Below, piece by piece: positions 27,047 to 36,054 of a stretch of DNA of 64,000 bases. Below the pieces are notes generated by a model that was given only the letters and a program-made list of their open reading frames with translations, made no database searches and was not told where the DNA came from. The position numbers were made by a program, and so were the translations under genes. Location: NCBI GenBank assembly GCA_938091485.1, contig CALKMV010000024.1, forward strand, positions 7,165-71,164. Direction: 5' to 3'. Each line of letters starts with the position of its first letter. The stretch's first letter is position 1. The DNA is from an uncultured Luminiphilus sp. (lineage in GTDB: Bacteria; Pseudomonadota; Gammaproteobacteria; Pseudomonadales; Halieaceae).

Positions 27047-27423
27047 GGGGAGATTGGCGGGACAGCCTTGCGCCATCCCTAGCGCTGTTTGGTAGCGCCT
27101 CGACCCTACTATGCTGTGCCCTTCCCGCGCTGTTGATCTCGATCGGCGCCGGCGCGGTAATGGCGGGGCTCACCGCGGCCATACCCGGGATCATGTGGCT
27201 GTCAGCACACAAAGATATTCTTTTCGTACTGTCGGGCGGGCTGATGGCTGCGAGCACGCTATTGTGGTGGCAACAGCGCCATGCGCCCTGCCCGGTGGAC
27301 CCGATTAAAGCCGCCGCCTGTGCCCGGCTTCGTCGAATCAATGTCTGGTTGCTGTCACTCGCTTGGGTGGCATACCTGACCGGCCTGTTCTTCGCCTATA
27401 TCTGGGTGCGGATATTCTACTAA
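27043..27423 (+). CDS. MerT/MerC-like metal transport membrane protein
   Basis: TM1 LLCCALP Cys pair; loop CPVDP...C; three to four TM segments. Confidence 0.8.
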   Translation: MRGDWRDSLAPSLALFGSASTLLCCALPALLISIGAGAVMAGLTAAIPGIMWLSAHKDILFVLSGGLMAASTLLWWQQRHAPCPVDPIKAAACARLRRINVWLLSLAWVAYLTGLFFAYIWVRIFY

Positions 27424-28118
27424 CGAGGTCGACGAGCACGGGTGTGAAGGAACAACCACAACCCCAGCACTGCGGTTGCCAATGCGAGCAACGAAAAAAC
27501 CTTGAGGAGCCACGTACCGATCGTATCTCGATCCTCGTAGCTCATAATATGTAGAGACCACAAGAAATCCCACCAACGCCAGGCATCGTGGCGCACCACC
27601 GTCACCTCGCCCGACATCGCGTCAACGTAGGCGACTCGATCAGGGTCGTCCGTTCGCCAGAGCCGCCACAGCGGTAATAGCGCTCCACGATACTCACTGC
27701 CCGGCAAGTCTTCATCGACCCACTCAAATCGATCGGGCGTTAAGGCCGTCCTTTCTGCTCCGAGGATCAACGCCTCCTCTCCACTCAGCAGCTCTATGGG
27801 CAAGCCCTGTGCGTCCAGCCACTGGACCCCTTCTGCCGAATACACACCCACTATGAGCTCATCTGAATGGCGCTCCTGAATCACCACTTTGTTGCCCGAC
27901 ACCAGCCCAGCCTGCAGGCGCGATAAATCCAGCTCAAACGGCGGAATACTGCGTTTGAATTGATGGCCGCGAACATAATCAATGTCAATGAAAGCGAAGT
28001 ACAGGCCGCTCAGGGTCCAGAGCAACAGCTGACATGACGTTATGAGCGCGACGGCGCGATGCCATCGTCTCAGCTTTCGCTGTCTGCGCAATGGATTAGG
28101 AGTAACAGTCTCAGCCAT
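27420..28118 (-). CDS. PepSY-associated TM domain protein
   Basis: RRWHR...LLWTLSGLYF; YVDAMSGEV...WRWWDFLWSLH. Confidence 0.8.
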   Translation of the reverse strand: MAETVTPNPLRRQRKLRRWHRAVALITSCQLLLWTLSGLYFAFIDIDYVRGHQFKRSIPPFELDLSRLQAGLVSGNKVVIQERHSDELIVGVYSAEGVQWLDAQGLPIELLSGEEALILGAERTALTPDRFEWVDEDLPGSEYRGALLPLWRLWRTDDPDRVAYVDAMSGEVTVVRHDAWRWWDFLWSLHIMSYEDRDTIGTWLLKVFSLLALATAVLGLWLFLHTRARRPR

Positions 28119-28126
28119 CCGTCACC

Positions 28127-28882
28127 TCACTTTGACACGACTGGCAAGGGATAACAGATGCGCATCGGCAGCCCTACTTCATCTAATTCCCGCCTTCCTT
28201 GAGGCAAACAATCCCGCCCCCCGGCATCGAGGCGCGCGACAACACCGCAGACCAACGCATCAATCATATCGTCTCTCGCACACCTTGCACGAGGGACAGA
28301 TATCATCAAGTTACGAAGCAGGCGATCAATCGTTCGAGCCGGTATATGACGGCCCAAAATCTGCCTCCGTTCGCGATAGCCGGCGTCGGTCTTCTTATTG
28401 CTCAGCATCGGCACGCTACGATTTAAACTGCTGAAACACAGCTCAGGATGAGTTTCAAACCAGTCCAAGGGGTAGTGCCGCGATGATCGCAATAGCGCTT
28501 CGGTTTCTCGAATTTTGGGTAGCAGATAAAATGCCTGTTTACTGACACCTTTTCCACAGTGCGCCTTACTCATGCGATTGAGTTCCTCATATGGCAGCGA
28601 TGCCAGCGCCAATCTTGGTGGCACTGGGAACACACTGCTGCTGCGTTTTCCAAGCAACTGCCTTGCTGCCCGATCACAGACTCTGAAGCCGTCACTTGAG
28701 AGGCCAATGGGTATATCTATACAGACAGTGGCCCGCGGCGCAAGCAGCGAGACTATCGACTCAAGGGTTGGCAGGCATTGCAGAAACCAGCGCTCGCCGT
28801 TCCAGCCGGCGCAGACCCACCCACCACGACAGCCATCAATGCCGGCGGCGATTAAGGATCTAGTGGAGTCTGATTTCATCAA
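28127..28882 (-). CDS. DUF429 (RNase H-like) protein
   Basis: GIDGCRGGW, IDIPIGL, RxCD, ETHPE and DDMIDA motifs. Confidence 0.85.
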   Translation of the reverse strand: MMKSDSTRSLIAAGIDGCRGGWVCAGWNGERWFLQCLPTLESIVSLLAPRATVCIDIPIGLSSDGFRVCDRAARQLLGKRSSSVFPVPPRLALASLPYEELNRMSKAHCGKGVSKQAFYLLPKIRETEALLRSSRHYPLDWFETHPELCFSSLNRSVPMLSNKKTDAGYRERRQILGRHIPARTIDRLLRNLMISVPRARCARDDMIDALVCGVVARLDAGGRDCLPQGRRELDEVGLPMRICYPLPVVSK

Positions 28883-28954
28883 AAACAGCGAATGATACTG
28901 AGGCCTACAGCTCCGTCAATTCGACGGCAAGTTCGCCGTGGTCGCTCCCGGGGC

Positions 28955-30214
28955 TCAGGGCTGGAATCGCGTGACCTTGACCGGTAATTCGGTGAAACCC
29001 CTAATGAAGAGGTTGCAGGTTCTTTTTGGCTCACCGACGACCTCAATGGTCTCAAAGCGCTGCAATACCTCTTCCCATAGGATCCGCAATTGCATCTCGG
29101 CCAGACGATTGCCCATACAGCGGTGGATTCCGGCTCCAAAGGAAAGATGGTTTCGCACACTGGGTCGATCGATCCAAAAATCATTCGGCCGCTCAATCAC
29201 CGCATCATCATAGTTACCGGATAAAAACCAGAGCACCACCTTTTCGCCCTTGGAGATTTTCTGGCCGTTTAGTTCTACATCTTTGGTCGTGGTACGTCGC
29301 ATATGGGGCAACGGCGTTTGATAACGAATGATCTCCGAGACCATGGACGGTATGAGATGGGGATTCTGCCGCACTTTGGCCATTTCATCCGGGAATTCGT
29401 TCAAAAATACGACGCCTCCCGACATCGAATTCCGGGTTGTGTCGTTACCACCCACAATTAGCAGCATGATGTTGCCCATATAGGTCAGCGGGTCGTCCAC
29501 CATGTTCTCGGTGTTGGGGTCGGCCTGAAGCATGCGAATAAGATCAAAAGTCTCTTTTCCGTCGCCTTTGCGCTCATGCCACAACTCAGTGAAACGCTGC
29601 AAACACACCGTCATGTGCTCGATAATGACCTCGCGGGTAGACCCCTCACCAGCGGTGATTCTCACATCGGAGGTAAACATGTCAGACCACTCGGTAAGGC
29701 TATTGCGTTCCTCCCAGGGGTAATCAAACAAGGTCGCGAGCATCTTTGTGGTGAGGTCTCGGCTCACCAGCTTTACCCAATCGAATGGCTCATCCTCGGG
29801 GAGCGAATCCAACACTTCGACGGTGCGCTCGCGGATCAGCGTCTCGAACTCCTGCAGATTGCGGGGCGCCACCACGTGATGAACCGCACGGCGCTGATCA
29901 TCATGCTCGGGCGGGTCCATCGCAATGAACATCTTCAGAATCATATCGGGCTCGGGGTCGATGATCGCGATCGACGGCTCCGAGGAGAAGGTCTCGGTAT
30001 CGCGCTCGATGGCGACAATGTCCTCGTAACGGGTCACAGACCAAAAAGGGCCGGCAGGACTGTCGGGCTGGTAGTGGACCGGACACTCATCACGAAGCCT
30101 AGCGAAGAGCTCGTGCCAATAGTCGTGCTGGAACATACGTGGATCAGAAACATCCAGTTCCTCAAGCGGCATAGCGCGATAATCTGGTACTGACGCACCT
30201 ACTGGCATGTTCAT
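28955..30214 (-). CDS. Cytochrome P450, CYP153-like alkane hydroxylase
   Basis: MFIAMDPP, LLIVGGNDTTRNS and HLSFGAGIHRCMGNRLAE signatures. Confidence 0.92.
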   Translation of the reverse strand: MNMPVGASVPDYRAMPLEELDVSDPRMFQHDYWHELFARLRDECPVHYQPDSPAGPFWSVTRYEDIVAIERDTETFSSEPSIAIIDPEPDMILKMFIAMDPPEHDDQRRAVHHVVAPRNLQEFETLIRERTVEVLDSLPEDEPFDWVKLVSRDLTTKMLATLFDYPWEERNSLTEWSDMFTSDVRITAGEGSTREVIIEHMTVCLQRFTELWHERKGDGKETFDLIRMLQADPNTENMVDDPLTYMGNIMLLIVGGNDTTRNSMSGGVVFLNEFPDEMAKVRQNPHLIPSMVSEIIRYQTPLPHMRRTTTKDVELNGQKISKGEKVVLWFLSGNYDDAVIERPNDFWIDRPSVRNHLSFGAGIHRCMGNRLAEMQLRILWEEVLQRFETIEVVGEPKRTCNLFIRGFTELPVKVTRFQP

Positions 30215-30263
30215 AATACGTACCTTTTCAATATCTTATCGATATATGTTCATGCAGTTATTA

Positions 30264-30578
30264 CTACATTTGGAACTCAGGCAGCCGCACTGTGACATCT
30301 GCCATACCGTCTGAGACCACGATCTGACAGGCCAAGCGAGAATTGTCTGCTCTATCAGGCCTCAGTCCCAGCATGGCAGTCTCTTGTGGGTCAGGCGCAG
30401 GTAAATCACCCGAGACCTCGACGAAACAATGGCAAGTCCCGCAGATCGCCCCGCCTCCACAGTCCGCATCAATACCGGGAACATCGTGCTTTAGCGCGCT
30501 TTCCATCAGAGACAAGCCCACGTCACCGTCGACCATTCGCTCTGACCCGTCATGCTGAATAAACGTGATTACCGTCAT
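30264..30578 (-). CDS. 2Fe-2S ferredoxin (putidaredoxin/adrenodoxin type)
   Basis: CGGGAICGTC...RLACQ. Confidence 0.95.
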   Translation of the reverse strand: MTVITFIQHDGSERMVDGDVGLSLMESALKHDVPGIDADCGGGAICGTCHCFVEVSGDLPAPDPQETAMLGLRPDRADNSRLACQIVVSDGMADVTVRLPEFQM

Positions 30579-30664
30579 GTACTACCATTTCCTTCTTCGT
30601 TAACCGCTGCGACGCATGTTCGCGCCGCCTCCATTTTGCTCGAGTCAGGCTATCACCCCCGGTG

Positions 30665-31843
30665 TTAACCCGCTACTGCCTGCTCGGCCTCGAACGCCTC
30701 ATGAAACGCCGCCAGCATACTTTGCTCATGACTCTGCGCCTCCGAGGTATCTAAGGGACGCTCCAGCTGGGCCCAGTCGATGTCACCATCATCAGCCATC
30801 GACTCATAATCAAGAATACCCAGCTCCGCAAATCGCGGGCGCACCGCATCAGTGAGCAGGCCAATTCTCTTCAGGTTGGGCACCACTCTTTGAAACAGCA
30901 GATTTCGGAAAGTCGACATAACAAACCCATCCAGTACTTTGCGACGACTCTCCTCGACATCCCAGCCGAATCGACGAAAAACATCTGTGGCCACGAGACG
31001 CTCGCGACTGATCGCGCAGGCCTCGAACGCAAATAAGGCTCGCTCCTCACGCTCTTCATCAGTCAGCGTCTGCACGTACTCCTCAAGGTAATTCACGCCA
31101 AATGTCACATGGCGAGCCTCATCGCGCGTCACGAGGTACACAATATCCTTTAGCACGGGGTCGGGTGTCGTTTCCCGCGTCGTATTAAAGGCCGACAATG
31201 CCAGCCCTTCGATCACGATCTGCATACCAATGAACTTCAGGTCCCATCGCGGGTCCGTTAAAATTTTGTCGATGATGCTGTTGAGGTGAGTATTGATCGG
31301 ATACATCAATCCTATGCGCTTCTGGATATATTGATTAAAGACCTCAACGTGGCGGGCCTCATCAAAGGTCTGAGATGCCGCGTATAGCTTCGCATTGAAG
31401 GTTGGCGCACAGGAACAGAGCTGACTCGCCACCAACAGAGCACCCTGCTCACCATGCAGAAACTGCGATAACGACCAGGCATTCATGTGCAGCCAAAACT
31501 CGCCGCGCTCTTTGTCTGACAGCGCAAGATACGGTGGATAGTCATGCAGATTCATAAGCTCCGCCTGCCCCTCTTCCTCAGGCCAGGGCCGATCCCAGTC
31601 AATATCCATTTGCGGATCCCAATTAAGCTGCTTACCCAACTCGTAGAGCTTTTTGATGCGGTCGTCCTGAACAGAGTAGTCCCAGTTATAGGAACCCGTC
31701 AGCGGGGTCTGGAAGATTTGCGCGACGTGATCCACGTCCGCGCTGGTCAGTACATCCTCTAGATCCGGGTTTTCAATTGGGTAATCGGGATTGGGGAACT
31801 GCTGGATCTTTCGGGGCGTTTTGTCACTCCATTCAATTTTCAT
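30665..31843 (-). CDS. Ferritin-like diiron oxygenase (AurF-like)
   Basis: Two E...DEARH pairs (GEQGA...DEARH; IEGLA...DEARH). Confidence 0.82.
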   Translation of the reverse strand: MKIEWSDKTPRKIQQFPNPDYPIENPDLEDVLTSADVDHVAQIFQTPLTGSYNWDYSVQDDRIKKLYELGKQLNWDPQMDIDWDRPWPEEEGQAELMNLHDYPPYLALSDKERGEFWLHMNAWSLSQFLHGEQGALLVASQLCSCAPTFNAKLYAASQTFDEARHVEVFNQYIQKRIGLMYPINTHLNSIIDKILTDPRWDLKFIGMQIVIEGLALSAFNTTRETTPDPVLKDIVYLVTRDEARHVTFGVNYLEEYVQTLTDEEREERALFAFEACAISRERLVATDVFRRFGWDVEESRRKVLDGFVMSTFRNLLFQRVVPNLKRIGLLTDAVRPRFAELGILDYESMADDGDIDWAQLERPLDTSEAQSHEQSMLAAFHEAFEAEQAVAG

Positions 31844-31910
31844 CGCTCGGCCTCAGTGATTCTTCGAGACATCTTCTGTCTTGAGAGGCACTGACTCAAG
31901 GTGCTAACTT

Positions 31911-31938
31911 GCCAAATAAAGGTCATTTGTGGCCAAAT
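31911..31938. promoter_or_regulatory. Putative AraC-family tandem binding site
   Basis: GCCAAAT direct repeat with 21-bp period (31911 and 31932) between divergent genes. Confidence 0.5.
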
Positions 31939-32975
31939 GCCGTATGGGATCCTCTATACCCAGCCAATATCTCCTTGTACTCGTGGCGCTCGCCGTAGAG
32001 CGAGGCTGCGCACCCGCAGCGCTCTTTCTCAACACTGGCCTGAACCTCGACACACTCAGTAACGCTGGATCAAGGGTTGAAGAAACGCAGGCCGACCAAA
32101 TCATAGCCAACGCGCTGACCGCAACAGGAGATCCATCACTTGGGTTAACGGTGGGGCAACAACTGAACTTGGGTGCCCACGCAGTCATTGGGCAAACCTT
32201 TCTCGCCTGCGCCAACTTAATGGAGGTGCTGGACACGCTTGTCCGCTACGGACCGTTACTAACGGGTTGGCAGGCAAGGATCGATCACTACATGGACCCC
32301 ATCACTAAACGCATTGGCCTGACTTTGAGAGTGCCATCATCATCTCCCTCAATTCGCTTTACTCACGAGGCGATTTTCTCAGCGGCTCAAAAAACACTCT
32401 CCGACTTGCTGCAAACACCCAATGTCGACGTCGAAGTGTCATTCCCCTACGAGACTCCGCACGACACTACCGCTTTTAAGGCAATCTTCGGTAACAACGT
32501 CCACTTCAATACTGCAGATGCGGCCCTGAGCATACCGCAGGCTCTGACAGCCAGACCCCTGCCCACATCGAATCCTACGCTGAGATCCCTTTACGATGCG
32601 GAATGCGCCCGACTTCTGGCCGACCTATCAGACAATGCGAACTGCGGCGAACGCACTTTGGCCGCTCTCGACAAGCTCGAGGGCCAATACCCTGGACTGG
32701 ATCAGATGGCATCCATGCTGAATCTGAGTACCCGCACTTACCGTCGCCGGCTACAAGAGGAGTCCACCTCTTTTCAAGAGCTCTTGGATTCGGTTCGCTT
32801 TAAACACGCAACGCAGCGGCTCCGGCACCCCGAGCTCTCGGTAGATCGTATAGCTCAACAGCTGGGCTTCAGTGATGTATCTAACTTTCGCCGCGCTTTC
32901 ATACAATGGACCGGGGAGTCACCCGCCCAATGGCGAAAAAATCAGCATGGGACGGCAAGCCAAAAGGACCATTAA
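31929..32975 (+). CDS. AraC-family regulator (OruR/arabinose-binding-like N-domain)
   Basis: TGDPSLGL N-domain; C-terminal HTH LSTRTYRRRL...IAQQLGFSDVSNFRRAF. Start may be ATG 31944. Confidence 0.92.
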   Translation: MAKCRMGSSIPSQYLLVLVALAVERGCAPAALFLNTGLNLDTLSNAGSRVEETQADQIIANALTATGDPSLGLTVGQQLNLGAHAVIGQTFLACANLMEVLDTLVRYGPLLTGWQARIDHYMDPITKRIGLTLRVPSSSPSIRFTHEAIFSAAQKTLSDLLQTPNVDVEVSFPYETPHDTTAFKAIFGNNVHFNTADAALSIPQALTARPLPTSNPTLRSLYDAECARLLADLSDNANCGERTLAALDKLEGQYPGLDQMASMLNLSTRTYRRRLQEESTSFQELLDSVRFKHATQRLRHPELSVDRIAQQLGFSDVSNFRRAFIQWTGESPAQWRKNQHGTASQKDH

Positions 32976-33874
32976 AGCCGTCGCAAATCGAAGCCGTCGC
33001 GTGGGAAGTGCAGGTAGATCACGTCGCCAGAATTTAGCGTTCGGGAAATGACAACGCGCTTTCGATTTATGTCAACCAAACTGCCGCGTGTCTCGTCACG
33101 GGCATAATCGGACGGTGCCACCCCGACAAACTCGCCCAGCCGGTAAGGCTCAGTGACCGTGCCAGAGAAAGCGACCTGATTCTCGGCAATATTCTCAAAA
33201 ACGCACCCTCGCGACGCCCTCAACTGCTCGCCATGTCCCAAGCTATTTATGCGCTCCATCCACTGCGACACTGAAGGCGGCCAGCTAGACAGCAGACTTG
33301 GGTCAATCTGAGAGGCCATCCACAGTGGGTGGTAACAGCATAGATCGAGATAACCGGGCGCCACACCGGATAAATAGCGGCGGGATGACAAATACAATGC
33401 AAGATGGCCTATAAATTCTTTCACTACTTCTCGGGCGCGATCTGGCGCCAATGCCACAACTGTTGAATCACGCATCATTCGGGAGCGGTCACGAATAAAC
33501 CTCCAGACTCCCGCGACTCCGAAACGCCTGAACAAAAACCGCACGACTTTGGTCGGTGATACGACTGAGAACACGGCAAAGAAAATCTCCCGCTCAGCCC
33601 ATGCCCGCAACGCTTCGTCATCAGCACTCAGATCGGTGCAAGTAGGATCTTCGACGTATAGCGGCTCAAAAGCCAAACGCGTATCGCAATAAAAGTGTGC
33701 GCCCATCTGCAGCACTGGAATTCGGCGATAACCACCCAACAACTGATCTAATACTTCCCTTGGCGGCTGTGGAGCGACCTGGATAGAGGTCCAGGTCAGC
33801 CCCCGCATTCCCAGCGCAAGCCGAAGTTTTTCGGAATAAGGCGACGTCGGATAGTGATAGAGCACGGGAATCAT
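32972..33874 (-). CDS. Glutathione S-transferase family protein
   Basis: SPYSEK, GGYRRIPVLQ, YCDT and HFPR motifs. Confidence 0.88.
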   Translation of the reverse strand: MIPVLYHYPTSPYSEKLRLALGMRGLTWTSIQVAPQPPREVLDQLLGGYRRIPVLQMGAHFYCDTRLAFEPLYVEDPTCTDLSADDEALRAWAEREIFFAVFSVVSPTKVVRFLFRRFGVAGVWRFIRDRSRMMRDSTVVALAPDRAREVVKEFIGHLALYLSSRRYLSGVAPGYLDLCCYHPLWMASQIDPSLLSSWPPSVSQWMERINSLGHGEQLRASRGCVFENIAENQVAFSGTVTEPYRLGEFVGVAPSDYARDETRGSLVDINRKRVVISRTLNSGDVIYLHFPRDGFDLRRL

Positions 33875-33930
33875 GAGTCGCAGCCTAGTGAATAACTCAT
33901 TTCGGTACGCCCTTTGGCGGCCTTTTAAGC

Positions 33931-33967
33931 AATAAAAAAGCCGGCATTAACGCCGGCTTTATTATTT
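33931..33967 (-). terminator. Rho-independent terminator (possibly bidirectional)
   Basis: AAAGCCGGC-ATTAAC-GCCGGCTTT hairpin with A/T tracts on both sides, downstream of the histone-like gene. Confidence 0.85.
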
Positions 33968-33999
33968 GATGCCACTCCCAAACGTGGCAAAAACAAATG

Positions 34000-34320
34000 T
34001 TACTTCTTTTTCTTGGCTGCCTTTTTCTTAGCAGGAGCCTTTTTCTTAGCTGCTGCCTTCTTCTTGGCAGGAGCCTTTTTCTTAGCTGCTGCCTTCTTCT
34101 TGGCAGGAGCCTTCTTCTTGGCTGCCTTCTTCTTAGCAGGAGCCTTCTTCTTTGCTGCTGCCTTCTTCTTGGCAGGAGCCTTCTTCTTTGCTGCTGCCTT
34201 CTTCTTGGCAGGAGCTTTCTTCTTTGCTGCTGCCTTCTTCTTGGCAGGAGCCTTCTTCTTTGCTGCTACTTTTTTCTTAGCAGCGGGTTTCTTCTTTGTT
34301 GCTTTCTTCGCAGCGGCCAT
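34000..34320 (-). CDS. Histone H1-like Lys/Ala/Pro repeat nucleoid protein
   Basis: 106 aa with 54 Lys and no acidic residues; strong RBS (AGGAGGG), own promoter and own terminator. Confidence 0.85.
   Translation of the reverse strand: MAAAKKATKKKPAAKKKVAAKKKAPAKKKAAAKKKAPAKKKAAAKKKAPAKKKAAAKKKAPAKKKAAKKKAPAKKKAAAKKKAPAKKKAAAKKKAPAKKKAAKKKK
34003..34290. repeat. Tandem 18/36-bp coding repeat (APAKKK-AAAKKK)
   Basis: Repeated GCAGGAGCCTTCTTCTT / GCTGCTGCCTTCTTCTT units. Confidence 0.95.
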
Positions 34321-34353
34321 GAGTCCCTCCTAGTGTGCCCAGCCTCAGGACAA

Positions 34354-34382
34354 ACGCTATCAAGCTTTATATTTGATGACAA
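34354..34382 (-). promoter_or_regulatory. Sigma70 promoter of the histone-like gene
   Basis: Minus strand TTGTCA-N17-TAGCGT. Confidence 0.55.
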
Positions 34383-34393
34383 GCAATTACTAC

Positions 34394-35029
34394 CTATCCC
34401 AACACAGTCATTATGTGCGCAGTAATCGCCTCCACGGCGCCCACTCCATCCAACCGATGGTATTGCACTCCATCCAAGTCACGATAGAAATCAACAAGTG
34501 GGCGCGTTTGATCGTGATACACCGCCAGTCTGTTGCGGACCGTATCTTCTTGATCATCATCTCTTTGGATCAGCATCTCGCCCGTGTCATCGTCGATACC
34601 AGTTTGCTGCGGTGGGTTGTAATCCACGTGGTAAATACGGCCAGACCCAGGATGAACTCTCCTGCCACTTAGGCGCGTGATGATTTCGTCATCTGAAACA
34701 GCGATCTCCAACACGTGATCAATCGCAATTTCCTCATCTACCATGGCCCGAGCTTGCGGAATGGTTCGCGGGAAACCATCGAATAAACAACCCCCCTGGC
34801 AATCAGATTCTGTCAACCGCTGCTTTACCAGCCCAACGATAATGTCGTCAGATACCAATCCACCGGAGTCCATGATGGCTTTCGCTTGCTGACCCAGCTC
34901 ACTGCCCGCCGCAACGGCAGCCCTCAACATGTCACCCGTTGAAATTTGAGGAATCGCAAAGTGCTCGCAAATAAACTGAGCTTGGGTGCCCTTTCCCGCA
35001 CCAGGGGGGCCAAGGAGAATGATGCGCAT
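34394..35029 (-). CDS. adk: Adenylate kinase
   Basis: [29 protein letters not shown]...H and QRDDD. Confidence 0.98.
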   Translation of the reverse strand: MRIILLGPPGAGKGTQAQFICEHFAIPQISTGDMLRAAVAAGSELGQQAKAIMDSGGLVSDDIIVGLVKQRLTESDCQGGCLFDGFPRTIPQARAMVDEEIAIDHVLEIAVSDDEIITRLSGRRVHPGSGRIYHVDYNPPQQTGIDDDTGEMLIQRDDDQEDTVRNRLAVYHDQTRPLVDFYRDLDGVQYHRLDGVGAVEAITAHIMTVLG

Positions 35030-35132
35030 AATCAGGATCTCTTATTGAAGACTTATCAGGTATTAGCGACTACCCGCGTCTACGCTACACAGGCATCAAG
35101 CGGGCCGCAAGTTGAAGCGGCATCGGTGGCAC

Positions 35133-35963
35133 CTACTGCCCCGAGGGCAGATTAGGAGCCAACTGCCGCTTGGCATTCTGCCATCGCTGCTCTAGCAGAG
35201 TGGGCTCTTCATCATGCAGTCGACTCCCATCTGCTTCCGCGGCGAGCTCCATCAACCGAAACCGACTCTCGAACCGTGAGTTGGCTTTTCGCACCGCAGC
35301 CTCAGCGTCTACGCGGAGATGTCTTGCCAAGTTCACTACAGCAAGAAAAATATCGCCTACTTCATCCTCGATCGCGCCCGCATCGCCCTGCTGAACCGCC
35401 TCTTCCAACTCGGCTATTTCTTCGTCGACCTTACCAAAAACCCCAACAAGATCTGGCCAATCAAATCCCACACCGGCAGCCCGTTTTTGCAATTTTTGAG
35501 CTCGGCTCAGAGATGGCAAGGCGAGCGGCACATCGTCCAAGATGCCATTTTGCTTCTTAAGCGATCTCTCTTGCTCTTTAATGGCCTCCCAGCGCTCTTT
35601 GACTTCCGCCTCGGTCACCGATTCCTCGCTCTGCGTATCGAACACATGAGGGTGTCGGCGCAACAACTTTGTAGAAATGGCACTGGCCACGTCAGCGAAG
35701 TCAAAAAGAGACCTCTCGCTAGCGATTTGCGCATAAAAAACCACCTGAAAAAGCACATCACCAAGCTCGTCACAAATCTGTGCTGGGTCGTTAGCTGCGA
35801 TAGCCGCAGCCAACTCGTAAGTCTCCTCGATAGTGAAAGGCACGATCGAGTCAAAGTCCTGCCGGAGATCCCAAGGACAGCCCGTCGCGGGATCACGAAG
35901 AGCTCGCATGATGTCAAGCAGTCCCTCGACAGGATTTTCGGATAACTCGGGTTCTGTACTCAT
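35133..35963 (-). CDS. mazG: Nucleoside triphosphate pyrophosphohydrolase
   Basis: GCPWD, EETYE, ELGD, RRHPHVF, GFDW and a second EE..E/EVGD motif. Confidence 0.96.
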   Translation of the reverse strand: MSTEPELSENPVEGLLDIMRALRDPATGCPWDLRQDFDSIVPFTIEETYELAAAIAANDPAQICDELGDVLFQVVFYAQIASERSLFDFADVASAISTKLLRRHPHVFDTQSEESVTEAEVKERWEAIKEQERSLKKQNGILDDVPLALPSLSRAQKLQKRAAGVGFDWPDLVGVFGKVDEEIAELEEAVQQGDAGAIEDEVGDIFLAVVNLARHLRVDAEAAVRKANSRFESRFRLMELAAEADGSRLHDEEPTLLEQRWQNAKRQLAPNLPSGQ

Positions 35964-36054
35964 CTCTGTCCCTTCTCTAATAGTGAGGTTGAAGGTGCGC
36001 GTCAATCAATCAGATTCGCGCGTTGCGGTGAATGCCGACCGAGTTAACGCTGCC

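Noticed and set aside
34003-34290. Regular 36-bp repeat as a possible CRISPR array
   Set aside because: It is a tandem in-frame coding repeat with no unique spacers and no cas genes nearby.
33997-34425. Two hydrophobic plus-strand ORFs (LLLCC.../AAFFLAG... repeats)
   Set aside because: They are antisense shadows of the Lys/Ala repeat; the RBS, promoter and terminator all support the minus-strand gene.
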